This document shows positions 9,958-19,054 of a stretch of DNA of 64,000 bases, one piece after another. The notes under the pieces are model-generated. The model was given only the letters and a program-made list of their open reading frames with translations. It had not been told where the DNA came from and did no database searches. The translations under genes and the position numbers were made by a program. This DNA comes from an uncultured delta proteobacterium. GTDB taxonomy: Bacteria > Desulfobacterota > Desulfobacteria > Desulfobacterales > B30-G6. The stretch spans positions 384,001 to 448,000 of the forward strand of contig CAWGLD010000004.1 of the NCBI GenBank assembly GCA_963823335.1. The letters run 5' to 3'. Each line of letters begins with the position of its first letter. The first letter of the stretch is position 1.

Positions 9958-10737
9958 TTATCGCCTCTGCGGATTGCGTCCCATAAAGGCCACGGCGGTC
10001 TGAGCGTAGAGATCCGGGTAATGTTCGAAGATATTGTGTCCGCACTTGGGGAAAATAGCCAGTTCACCCTTTGAAAGATTACGAAAAAAAGCAACGCCCT
10101 GCTCGGCCTCGAAAAAATGACCCCGGTCCGGGTACATCACCAGGGTCGGGCAGGTAACACGCTGCAATTCGGGCCGCAGGTCAAAAAGGCCGCGGCCGTA
10201 GCTACCCCCGTACCGGCTGCAGAGACGGTAAAAAGATTCAGCACGATCAGGTCCATGCCAGTCGACATATTTCTTCTGGATATCAGCGGAAAGATCGTTG
10301 TATGTCGGAGGGAATTTAAGGCGGTTGAAGGCTTCCAGGGTTATGTCACTGAAACAGAGGGTGCTGGCAGCCGTCAAGGTTTGGACCTTGTCAGGGTATC
10401 GCACGGCATAGTCGACCCCCACCACACCGCCTTCGCACTGGCCCACGATGTGAAATGTGTCAAATCCCAGGTGGTCCACTAGCTGTGCCATGCAAGTCAC
10501 GGCAGCCTCCCGGAAGTCGGAACTGACATAATGGGTCTCAAAATCGATTCCGCCCTCGGATTGGCCGTAACCCCTGCGGTCATACACCAGCACACGGAAA
10601 CCGGCCGCCACTAGTCTGGGGGTAATCTTTTCCCACATCCTACTGCAGGAAAACCCATTGTGAAGCAAAACAACCGTGTCACCCTCTCCATAGACCTCAT
10701 AAAAAATATCATGCTCATTTATTTCGACAAAAGACAT
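9958..10737 (-). CDS. Alpha/beta-fold hydrolase with Cys at the nucleophile elbow
   Basis: LLHNGFS, YDRRGYGQS, GQCEGG, CGHN. Confidence 0.85.
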   Translation of the reverse strand: MSFVEINEHDIFYEVYGEGDTVVLLHNGFSCSRMWEKITPRLVAAGFRVLVYDRRGYGQSEGGIDFETHYVSSDFREAAVTCMAQLVDHLGFDTFHIVGQCEGGVVGVDYAVRYPDKVQTLTAASTLCFSDITLEAFNRLKFPPTYNDLSADIQKKYVDWHGPDRAESFYRLCSRYGGSYGRGLFDLRPELQRVTCPTLVMYPDRGHFFEAEQGVAFFRNLSKGELAIFPKCGHNIFEHYPDLYAQTAVAFMGRNPQRR

Positions 10738-11805
10738 AGGGGACGTCCTTTACTAATTAGACTTATCATGTTTCAATCGTGATAATATCCTGGTAACTGC
10801 AGAAGCCGTCACACCTAAGTAACGACCGGTTTCAGTCAGAGAAAGCCCCCATTCTTCAACCAGTTTTTTCGCAAGTTGCTTTCTCACCATGGAAACCTTT
10901 TTTCGCCGATTACCTGTTTTCAAGGCTTCAAGACTGATTTCTTCCTTGATACATATTTTTTGTATAAATGAAACAGCGCGTTTCATACGTTCGTGGGGAG
11001 CAAACTGTTCCTTTCTCGCTTGGTCTGATTCTTGAATCAGCTTTTCTACAAATTTACCACTTCCTAAAATCCGCTCATCTGACTTCTCACGAGCCCCACG
11101 ACGAATCGCACTTACCTCAGCCCAGCCCCCCTGTGATCTTACAAGGCCACCCCCAATCAAATCGTGGCGGCGCCCCTGATCAACCCCCTTTTTTATAAAC
11201 TGGCGGTAGACGCTTATCGCCTCGCCCTCCTTTTGCCCAAACCACTTAAGCACATAGTCCCGGTCCTGCCAGTCATTCTTTACTCGTCCTATTAACACCG
11301 AATGACCGCAATACCTGTAACCATTCAACATAGGGATATTTTCCACCAGATTTGCCCGCAATGGGTTTAGATGAATATACCTGACCAATTCCATGAAATA
11401 GGGATCTTCTTCACACACGATTGATTTATATCGGTTCTGAAACAAATGTCCGTGACGACTGTGACGAAGATTGTACGAAATAGCATAACCGGTCAAAAAT
11501 CGACGCATATACCGGGAAAGACCGGGTGCGCCACTACGTAATAGTATGTGGGCATGATTGGTCATCAAAGCCCAAGCATAGATTGACGTCTCTGTTTCAA
11601 GAGCGATAGATCCCATACGAAATATAAAATTCCGTCGATCTCGGTCATCACCGACGATCTTTCGCCCCTCTATGCCACGGATAATAACATGGTGCAGGGT
11701 TCCGGGGGCATCCAATCTGGCCTGTCTTGGCATCACTCACCTCATTTTGATATGATGTTTATATCCATATCTGGATTTGTCTCATTAGTCAAGGACGTCC
11801 CCTAT
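10736..11805 (-). mobile_element. ~1.07-kb HUH/Y1 transposase element bounded by 27-bp inverted repeats
   Basis: ATAGGGGACGTCCTTTACTAATTAGAC (10736-10762) matches the reverse complement of 11779-11805 at 25/27. Confidence 0.8.
10753..11733 (-). CDS. REP-associated tyrosine (Y1/HUH) transposase-like protein with C-terminal HTH
   Basis: MPRQARLDAPG-HHVIIRG, HUH motif MTNHAHIL, GHLFQNRYKS, catalytic YIHLNP, terminal HTH LSLTETGRYLGVTASAV. Confidence 0.9.
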   Translation of the reverse strand: MPRQARLDAPGTLHHVIIRGIEGRKIVGDDRDRRNFIFRMGSIALETETSIYAWALMTNHAHILLRSGAPGLSRYMRRFLTGYAISYNLRHSRHGHLFQNRYKSIVCEEDPYFMELVRYIHLNPLRANLVENIPMLNGYRYCGHSVLIGRVKNDWQDRDYVLKWFGQKEGEAISVYRQFIKKGVDQGRRHDLIGGGLVRSQGGWAEVSAIRRGAREKSDERILGSGKFVEKLIQESDQARKEQFAPHERMKRAVSFIQKICIKEEISLEALKTGNRRKKVSMVRKQLAKKLVEEWGLSLTETGRYLGVTASAVTRILSRLKHDKSN

Positions 11806-11822
11806 TGGGTTGATTTTTAGAA

Positions 11823-11920
11823 TTGACAAAAAATAAATGCCGAGTTACATATAGATTCGATTATCCATCAATCGATGGAAGCAATGCATAGGACATGATT
11901 GATGGAGCCTCTCCATCATG
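11823..11920 (+). promoter_or_regulatory. Promoter and palindromic candidate TetR operators
   Basis: TTGACA at 11823; TCCATC-AATC-GATGGA (11864-11879); TGATGGAG-CCT-CTCCATCA (11900-11918). Confidence 0.55.
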
Positions 11921-11946
11921 ATATTATTTAGGGAATTACACACAAT

Positions 11947-12600
11947 ATGCCCTCCCCTCTTGAAAAAGCACGTCTGAATCCAGATTCCATGAAAGCCAAA
12001 ATCCTGTGCGTTGCCCGCAAGCTGTTCGGCGACTACGGCTACAATGGCACCACCACCCGTATGATCGCAGGGAAGGTGGGTATCGACATTTCAACCCTCT
12101 ATTACCATTGGGGTGAAAAGCAGGATCTTTACGAGGCCCTTATCACCGACATCAACGAAGAGATCCAGCTGGAATTCAAAGAAGTCGAAAAAAATGTGAA
12201 AAACAAACCCCTGGCAGAACGTCTAGATATCGCCATCGACATCCTGACGGATTACCTCTTCGCTCATCCGGAAGTCTCCAACCTGATTCTCAACGATTCC
12301 TTCAATAAATCCAAACCAGCGTCTGTGCCGGATATCAAGATCGGTGATTTCACATCGAACATCGCCATAGCCATGGACCTGGCCAAGAGCAAAGCAAACG
12401 TATCGGTCCAGTCAAAAGCGCGAATCCTGGCGGTATGGAACTGTGTTCTCAACTTTATTTCCGGGGAGAGCTTCTTTCGGCCGATTCTCGACATCGACCG
12501 CCAGCACTATCTCGAAACAATCAAAGAAACACTGAAATTTATCATTGTACCGGCATTTACAAAGGAGAAAAAGGAGGAGACCTATGGCATTAAACCTTGA
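11947..12600 (+). CDS. TetR/AcrR family regulator
   Basis: ARKLFGDYGYNGTTTRMIAGKVGIDISTLYYHWGEKQDLY HTH. Confidence 0.93.
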   Translation: MPSPLEKARLNPDSMKAKILCVARKLFGDYGYNGTTTRMIAGKVGIDISTLYYHWGEKQDLYEALITDINEEIQLEFKEVEKNVKNKPLAERLDIAIDILTDYLFAHPEVSNLILNDSFNKSKPASVPDIKIGDFTSNIAIAMDLAKSKANVSVQSKARILAVWNCVLNFISGESFFRPILDIDRQHYLETIKETLKFIIVPAFTKEKKEETYGIKP

Positions 12601-14692
12601 TGCTGTCGGAAAAAAAATCGGTCCAATTTCCAAGGAGTACACCTGGAAAGACGCTGTGCTGTATGCCCTTGGCGTTGGCGCCGGATTTTCCGACCTGGAA
12701 TACTGTTATGAAAAGGATCTTAAGGTTATACCCAGTTTTGCGATCACCACTCTCTACGAAACCATGCCCCAGGCCCTGTCCCTCACTAACGTGAATCTTG
12801 CAGGTATTCTGCATGGTGAACAGGAACTGATCTTTCACAACCCAATCCCACCTAACGGCACAATGACCATCGAAGGATCCATCGCCAACGTCTATGACAA
12901 GGGTAAAGAAAAAGGCGCCCTGGTTATTGCCGAAAGCGAAGCCAGTCACTCCACCGGTATCAAACTCTTCACAGCCAGAAGTACCCTTTTCTCACGCTTA
13001 GACGGCGGATTCGGCGGCGAAAACCCGCCCTCGGAGACCATCGAATTCCCGGATCGTGATCCCGATTTCAGCGTCGATGCGTCACCTTCTGATAATCAGC
13101 CACTGATATACCGGTTGTCCGGAGATGTTTTTCAACTGCATGTGGATCCGGAATTTGCCCGCATGGCGGGATTCGAAAAACCGATCATGCACGGCCTGTG
13201 TACCCATGGCTATGCCTGCAGGGCTTTGATACAGGCCCTTATTCCGGGCCAGCCCGAAAATGCCAGACGCATGACCTGCCGTTTTACCAAACCGTTATAC
13301 CCGGGCATGCCCTTGAAAACCCTGATCTGGAAAACCGAAAAAGGCAAGGCGATATGGCGTGTGCAGAACATGGAAACGGGTGACATCGTGATTGACCGGG
13401 GTGTGTTTGAATACGGAGACATTCCCAAGAATGAAATTCGATTCGACGGCCGTGTGGCGGTTGTTACCGGTGCCGGGGCAGGACTTGGCCGCGTCTATGC
13501 CCTCGAATTGGCCAAACGGGGTGCCAAGATCGTCGTCAACGATCTGGGCGGTGCCCGGGACGGCTCCGGTGAAGGTTCTGCAACACCAGCCGACCAGGTT
13601 GTGTCGGAAATCAAAGCCCTGGGAGGAGAGGCCGTAGCGAATTACGATAACGTCGCCACGCCTGCAGGCGGCCAGAATATTATCAATAGTGCCCTTAATA
13701 CGTTTGGAACCGTGGATATTCTCATCAACAACGCCGGCATCCTGCGTGACAAGAGTTTTTTGAAGATGGAGCCCGAAAACTGGCAGTCCGTGCTGGATGT
13801 CCATTTAAACGGGGCTTATCATGTCACCCGACCGGCCTTTGCCGTCATGAAGGAGAAAGGGTACGGCCGAATCGTGATGACCACTTCGGCCGCTGGTCTC
13901 TATGGCAATTTCGGTCAGTCAAACTATACTGCAGCCAAGATGGCGCTCATCGGTCTCATGAACACCCTCAAACTTGAAGGTCAGAAATACAACGTCAAGG
14001 TCAACACCGTCGCACCCGTGGCGGCCTCGCGTCTGACGGAGGATGTCTTGCCCCCCGAATTTTTCGAAAAATTGAAACCCGAGTTCGTGGCGCCCATGGT
14101 CCTGTATCTTAGCTCAGAGGAATGCCCGGTCACCGGTAATATCTACAATGCGGGTATGGGATGTTACAACCGCGCCGCCATTGTCACCGGTGCCGGTGCC
14201 GTGATCGGAAAAGGCCAGGAGATCCCCACACCGGAACAGGTGGTTGCTTCCTGGAAAGATATCGCCTCCCTGAAGAATGCCAAAGAATACACCCAGCTCA
14301 ATGAACAGATCGGCGACCTTCTGGCAGCTTTTGCACCTCAAAAAGCCAAAGCGGCAGGACCTGCTGCGGCTGCCGGATCTGTGGCGGGTATTTTCACTGC
14401 CATGACAGACACCTTCAACACCGATGCAGCCGAGGGTGTCGATGTCATCTTTCAGTTCTGTATATCAGGAAAAGGGGGCGGGAACTGGTCCTGCACCATC
14501 AAAGACAAGACCTGTACAATCCATACCGGGATCAACGACCAGGCGGTGTGCACGCTCAAAATGGCCGACACTGATTTTTTGGACATGATGACCGGTAAGC
14601 TCCCAGCCATGCAGGCCTACACATCCGGGAAGCTGCAGATCGAAGGCGACATCATGAAATCTCAGCTTATTGAAAAACTGTTCAAAATCTAA
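12584..14692 (+). CDS. Fusion: (R)-specific enoyl-CoA hydratase-2 (double hotdog) + MFE-2-type SDR dehydrogenase + SCP2
   Basis: YALGVGA, LHGEQ, YRLSGDVFQLHVDP, PIMHGLCT; TGAGAGLG, NNAG, NYTAAK; terminal AMQAYTSGKLQIEGD; start moved to ATG after AGGAGG. Confidence 0.9.
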   Translation: MALNLDAVGKKIGPISKEYTWKDAVLYALGVGAGFSDLEYCYEKDLKVIPSFAITTLYETMPQALSLTNVNLAGILHGEQELIFHNPIPPNGTMTIEGSIANVYDKGKEKGALVIAESEASHSTGIKLFTARSTLFSRLDGGFGGENPPSETIEFPDRDPDFSVDASPSDNQPLIYRLSGDVFQLHVDPEFARMAGFEKPIMHGLCTHGYACRALIQALIPGQPENARRMTCRFTKPLYPGMPLKTLIWKTEKGKAIWRVQNMETGDIVIDRGVFEYGDIPKNEIRFDGRVAVVTGAGAGLGRVYALELAKRGAKIVVNDLGGARDGSGEGSATPADQVVSEIKALGGEAVANYDNVATPAGGQNIINSALNTFGTVDILINNAGILRDKSFLKMEPENWQSVLDVHLNGAYHVTRPAFAVMKEKGYGRIVMTTSAAGLYGNFGQSNYTAAKMALIGLMNTLKLEGQKYNVKVNTVAPVAASRLTEDVLPPEFFEKLKPEFVAPMVLYLSSEECPVTGNIYNAGMGCYNRAAIVTGAGAVIGKGQEIPTPEQVVASWKDIASLKNAKEYTQLNEQIGDLLAAFAPQKAKAAGPAAAAGSVAGIFTAMTDTFNTDAAEGVDVIFQFCISGKGGGNWSCTIKDKTCTIHTGINDQAVCTLKMADTDFLDMMTGKLPAMQAYTSGKLQIEGDIMKSQLIEKLFKI

Positions 14693-14850
14693 ATTCGCCT
14701 GGCGAATTTAGATGACGCAGCTTCGCTGCTTTTATTTCGCATTGGTTTCATTAAACGATCATTTTAAAAACATTAACCTTCAGTGGATAAAATCGCTGAA
14801 ATAGAATCGCGAAGCGACTGTATCGATCGAAGCACGCAGCGATTCGATTA
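14687..14850. repeat. Hairpin-rich spacer: 13-bp palindrome over the stop codon plus GCGAAGC-type mini-hairpins
   Basis: ATCTAAATTCGCC-T-GGCGAATTTAGAT; GCAGCTTCGCTGC; TCGCGAAGCGA. Confidence 0.6.
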
Positions 14851-14860
14851 GGAGAAGAAA

Positions 14861-17590
14861 ATGATTGGTATCACTTCATATGGCGCATACATACCACGTC
14901 TGAGACTGGACAGAATGTCCATTTTTCAGGGCATGGGCTGGTTTGCACCTGCTATTATGATGGTCGCTCAGGGAGAACGGTCCATGTGTAACTGGGATGA
15001 AGACACCCTTACAATGGCGGTTGCGGCTTCAAGAGACTGCCTCAAGGGCATGGACAAACACGCCTTGGACGGGCTGTATCTGGCATCCACGACCCTGCCC
15101 TTTGCTGATCGGCAGAACGCCGGTATCGTATCGGCCGCGTTGAATCTGGGTAGCAATCTGATCACATCTGATTTTGCAGCTTCTCAAAAAGCCGGCAGCA
15201 CGGCACTGATCACGGCCCTAGAATCTGTAAAAAGCGGAGACCGGAAAAGTATCCTGGTGGCGGCATCTGACAGTCGTGAAACTAGAACCGCTTACTTTTA
15301 TGAGATGTGGTTCGGTGATGGTGCGGCCGCCTTTACCGTGGGAGACAGCGATGTCATCGCAGCTTACAAGGGATCTTTTTCCGTGTCACATGATTTTGTC
15401 GATCACTACAGGGGAGCCCGTAACCAGTTCGACTACATGTGGGAAGAACGCTGGACCCGGGATGCCGGTTACGGAAAAATCATCCCGGAAGCCGTGAACG
15501 GTCTCCTGCAAAAACTCGGCATGACCATGGAACAGGTGGACAAACTGGTCTATCCATGCTTTTTCAAAGGCGATCATCGCAAAATTGCCCAGAATCTGGG
15601 GGCTTCACCGGATAAACTGGTGGACAATCTCCACGAAGTCTGTGGCGAAACCGGCACGGCTCACCCCTTCTTGATGATGACCGCAGCCCTGGAATCATCC
15701 AAACCCGGGGACCATATCCTCATGGCAGGATTTGGTCAGGGCTGCAACGCACTCATGTTCGAGGTAACCGAGCAGATCACCAAACTGGCACCCCGCAACG
15801 GGTTTGACGGCACCCTCAACAACAAAAAGACCCTTCACAATTACCAGAAATGGCTGAAATTCAGAAACCTGATTCAGACGGAGATGGGTATCCGTGCGGA
15901 AGCCCCCACCCAGACAGCCACCACCGTACTATGGCGTAAAAACAAGATGATTCTCGGGTTGGTGGGTGGCAAATGCGAAGCCTGCGGCACGCCCCAGTTT
16001 CCCAAAGCGGATATCTGCGTGAATCCGGACTGCGGTGCGGTCCACAGCCAGGTTGACTACGAATTTGCCGACGAGCCCGCCAAAGTGAAAACATTCACCG
16101 GTGACCTGTTAGCGGTGTCGGTGGATCCACCTGCCATTTACGGCATGGTTCAATTCGATGTGGGCGGCCGGATGATGGCGGACTACACGGACTGTACTCT
16201 GGATGAGATCAGGGTCGGCCTCCCGGTAAGCATGGAATTCAAACGCAAGGGTGTGGACAAGGATCGCGGTTTTAGCAATTATTTCTGGAAAGCGGTGCCT
16301 CTCCCCGGTGCGAATGTCCAAGAGGATCAGATATCGTTCGACGGCAGGGTGGCCATCGTGACCGGCGCGGGCGCAGGCCTGGGACGTGTATATGCACTGG
16401 CGCTCGCCAAGCGGGGAGCCAAAGTGGTGGTCAACGACCTGGGAGGTGCCAGGGACGGTTCCGGGGGCGGTTCTGCATCCCCTGCAGAAAAGGTAGTTGC
16501 CGAAATCAAGGCGTCTGGTGGAGAGGCTGTGGCCAATTATGACAATGTGGCCACGCCTGAGGGCGGTGAAAATATTGTCAGGACCGCTCTCGACACCTTC
16601 GGTGCGGTGGATATTCTGATCAACAATGCAGGAATCCTGAGAGATAAAAGCTTTCTGAAGATGGAGCCTGATAACTGGCAGGCGGTTCTATCCGTACACC
16701 TGCACGGGGCCTACCACGTCACCCGACCGGCCATGGTGGCCATGAAAGAAAAGGGCTACGGCAGGATCGTGATGACGACATCAGCCGCTGGTCTTTACGG
16801 CAATTTTGGCCAGACCAATTATTCGGCCGCCAAGATGGGTCTGGTTGGGCTGATGAACACCCTCAAACTGGAGGGGCAGAAATACGATATCAAGGTCAAC
16901 ACCATAGCGCCCATCGCGGCTTCGCGACTGACAGAGGATGTCATGCCGCCGGAACTTTTTGAAAAATCTAAACCGGAGTTTGTTTCTCCGCTGGTGATGT
17001 TCCTTGCCAGTGAAACGTGCCAGGAATCCGGCAGTATTTTCAATGTTGGCATGGGATACTTCAACCGCGCGGCCATCCACACCGGTCCCGGAGTTCAGCT
17101 GGGAGATCTGGAAAATTTGCCGACACCCGAGATGATCCGTGAAAACATGGATGCCATTGACTCACTCGAGGGGGCCACGGAAATGGCAGATGCCAATGCG
17201 GCCATATTTGCTCTGATATCACCGCCGGCCGACGCGGGAGCAGACGAACCAGCACAAGACAGCACTGGTGATCTCGATGTAGAAGCATGTTTCGCCAACA
17301 TGAAAAATACGTTCAATGCCGAGGCCGCCGAAGGTATCCATGTGGTGTTTCAATTCAGTATTTCAGGTCAAGGCGGCGGGGAATGGAGCTGTGTTATCAA
17401 TGACAAAACCTGCACCATCGATGTGGGTAGCCACGACAAACCCAATTGCACCCTTAAGATGGCAGACAATGATTTTCTCGACATGATCGCAGGAAAGCTC
17501 CCGGCCATGCAGGCTTACACCTCAGGGAAACTGCAGATTGAAGGGGATATTCTCAAGTCTCAGTTGATTGAAAAACTATTTACGATCTAG
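14861..17590 (+). CDS. Fusion: HMG-CoA-synthase/KAS-III-like domain (no catalytic Cys) + DUF35 Zn-ribbon/OB-fold + SDR + SCP2
   Basis: MIGITSYGAYIPRLRL, DEDTLTMA, ASQKAG in place of ACxxG; CEACG...CVNPDC; second MFE-2-type SDR; SCP2 tail. Confidence 0.85.
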   Translation: MIGITSYGAYIPRLRLDRMSIFQGMGWFAPAIMMVAQGERSMCNWDEDTLTMAVAASRDCLKGMDKHALDGLYLASTTLPFADRQNAGIVSAALNLGSNLITSDFAASQKAGSTALITALESVKSGDRKSILVAASDSRETRTAYFYEMWFGDGAAAFTVGDSDVIAAYKGSFSVSHDFVDHYRGARNQFDYMWEERWTRDAGYGKIIPEAVNGLLQKLGMTMEQVDKLVYPCFFKGDHRKIAQNLGASPDKLVDNLHEVCGETGTAHPFLMMTAALESSKPGDHILMAGFGQGCNALMFEVTEQITKLAPRNGFDGTLNNKKTLHNYQKWLKFRNLIQTEMGIRAEAPTQTATTVLWRKNKMILGLVGGKCEACGTPQFPKADICVNPDCGAVHSQVDYEFADEPAKVKTFTGDLLAVSVDPPAIYGMVQFDVGGRMMADYTDCTLDEIRVGLPVSMEFKRKGVDKDRGFSNYFWKAVPLPGANVQEDQISFDGRVAIVTGAGAGLGRVYALALAKRGAKVVVNDLGGARDGSGGGSASPAEKVVAEIKASGGEAVANYDNVATPEGGENIVRTALDTFGAVDILINNAGILRDKSFLKMEPDNWQAVLSVHLHGAYHVTRPAMVAMKEKGYGRIVMTTSAAGLYGNFGQTNYSAAKMGLVGLMNTLKLEGQKYDIKVNTIAPIAASRLTEDVMPPELFEKSKPEFVSPLVMFLASETCQESGSIFNVGMGYFNRAAIHTGPGVQLGDLENLPTPEMIRENMDAIDSLEGATEMADANAAIFALISPPADAGADEPAQDSTGDLDVEACFANMKNTFNAEAAEGIHVVFQFSISGQGGGEWSCVINDKTCTIDVGSHDKPNCTLKMADNDFLDMIAGKLPAMQAYTSGKLQIEGDILKSQLIEKLFTI

Positions 17591-17626
17591 ATTCTCACAG
17601 TGAATTTAGATTAATGGAGGAATACC

Positions 17627-18835
17627 ATGGCCACAGGAATCAAAGATAAAGTCGCTATCATCGGTATGGGCTGCACCCGCTTCGGGGAAAGGTGGGATGT
17701 GGGTGCGGAAGAACTGATGGTGGAAGCATTCCAGGAATGCCTTGCCGATGCCGGCATTGAAAAAAATGAGATCGAGGCTGCCTGGTTCGGAAGTTGTCTG
17801 GATGAAGTCAATGTCGGCAAAAGCGCATTGCCTCTGTCCCTGACACTGAGATTGCCCATGATACCCGTAACACGGGTCGAAAACTTTTGTGCAACAGGTA
17901 CCGAAGCATTTCGAGGGGCTTGCTATGCGGTTGCATCGGGCGCTTACGACATCTGCCTGGCTCTGGGTGCCGAAAAGTTAAAGGATACAGGCTACGGGGG
18001 ACTGCCCAGCTTTACCGGATCCAATGCCGGGACGCTTACCTGGCAGTGGTTCCCAAATTTGACGGCACCGGGTGCATTTGCGCAACTCGCCAGTGCCTAT
18101 GCCGCCAAATACAAGGTCAAAGATCAGGATCTGAAACGTGCCATGGCGCATGTGTCGGCCAAAAGCCATGCCAACGGGGCACTCAATCCAAAAGCTCACC
18201 TGAGAAAGGCGGTAACGGAAGATCAAATAATGGCATCTCCCATTATTGCACATCCACTGGGTCTCTTTGACTGCTGCGGGGTCAGCGATGGGGCCGCCTG
18301 CGCCATCGTGACAACGCCGGAAATCGCCAGAAAGATGGGCAAGAAAGATTTCATCACCGTCAAAGCACTTCAGCTGGCCCTGAGCAGTGGCGAAGAACTC
18401 GGTTACAACAGCTGGGATGGCGATCATTTCATGACCACCAGCAAATGCAGCACAAAAGCATATCAGGAAGCGGGAATCGACAATCCCCGTGAAGACATCA
18501 GCATGATGGAAGTTCACGACTGTTTCTCGATTACGGAACTGGTCACCTATGAAGACCTCCATATCTCCGAGAGGGGAAAGGCAGTCACGGACGCCATGGA
18601 CGGATTCTACGACATGGACGGCCAGGTTCCCTGCCAGGTGGACGGTGGTCTCAAGTGTTTCGGCCACCCCATCGGTGCTTCCGGGCTGCGTATGCTCTAC
18701 GAAATGTATCTTCAGCTGCACGGACGGGCGGAGGAACGACAGCTCGAAAACCCGAAATTCGGTTTGACCCACAATCTGGGTGGATTTCCCGCCATGAATG
18801 TGTGTAGTATATCGATTATAGGTAAAAACTCCTGA
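17627..18835 (+). CDS. SCP2/SCPx-type thiolase
   Basis: ENFCATG, HDCF, GHPIGASG and HNLGG motifs. Confidence 0.92.
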   Translation: MATGIKDKVAIIGMGCTRFGERWDVGAEELMVEAFQECLADAGIEKNEIEAAWFGSCLDEVNVGKSALPLSLTLRLPMIPVTRVENFCATGTEAFRGACYAVASGAYDICLALGAEKLKDTGYGGLPSFTGSNAGTLTWQWFPNLTAPGAFAQLASAYAAKYKVKDQDLKRAMAHVSAKSHANGALNPKAHLRKAVTEDQIMASPIIAHPLGLFDCCGVSDGAACAIVTTPEIARKMGKKDFITVKALQLALSSGEELGYNSWDGDHFMTTSKCSTKAYQEAGIDNPREDISMMEVHDCFSITELVTYEDLHISERGKAVTDAMDGFYDMDGQVPCQVDGGLKCFGHPIGASGLRMLYEMYLQLHGRAEERQLENPKFGLTHNLGGFPAMNVCSISIIGKNS

Positions 18836-18854
18836 TGCAAAGATAAAAAGGGCT

Positions 18855-18998
18855 TGTCATTTGCTCCGCGTCATTAATTGTCATTTACTTCGTGTCATTG
18901 ATCGTAGCAAAAAGCTATCAGCTTTAAGCAACAATAAATGACATCCGAAGGATAAATTACGCCCGAAGGGCATAATGACGCGCGTAGCGCAAATGACA
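18855..18998. repeat. AATGAC + mini-hairpin modular array, locus 1
   Basis: AATGAC-ATCCGAAGGAT, AATTAC-GCCCGAAGGGC, AATGAC-GCGCGTAGCGC; inverted GTCATT arm on the left. Confidence 0.85.
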
Positions 18999-19054
18999 GC
19001 TGGTAAGATAGATATAATCCTCGGGCCTTTTTCTCCGATCAAACAGGAAAAGAT

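Noticed and set aside
14861-15900. Functional HMG-CoA synthase / mevalonate pathway
   Set aside because: Catalytic Cys is absent and no other mevalonate genes are in the window
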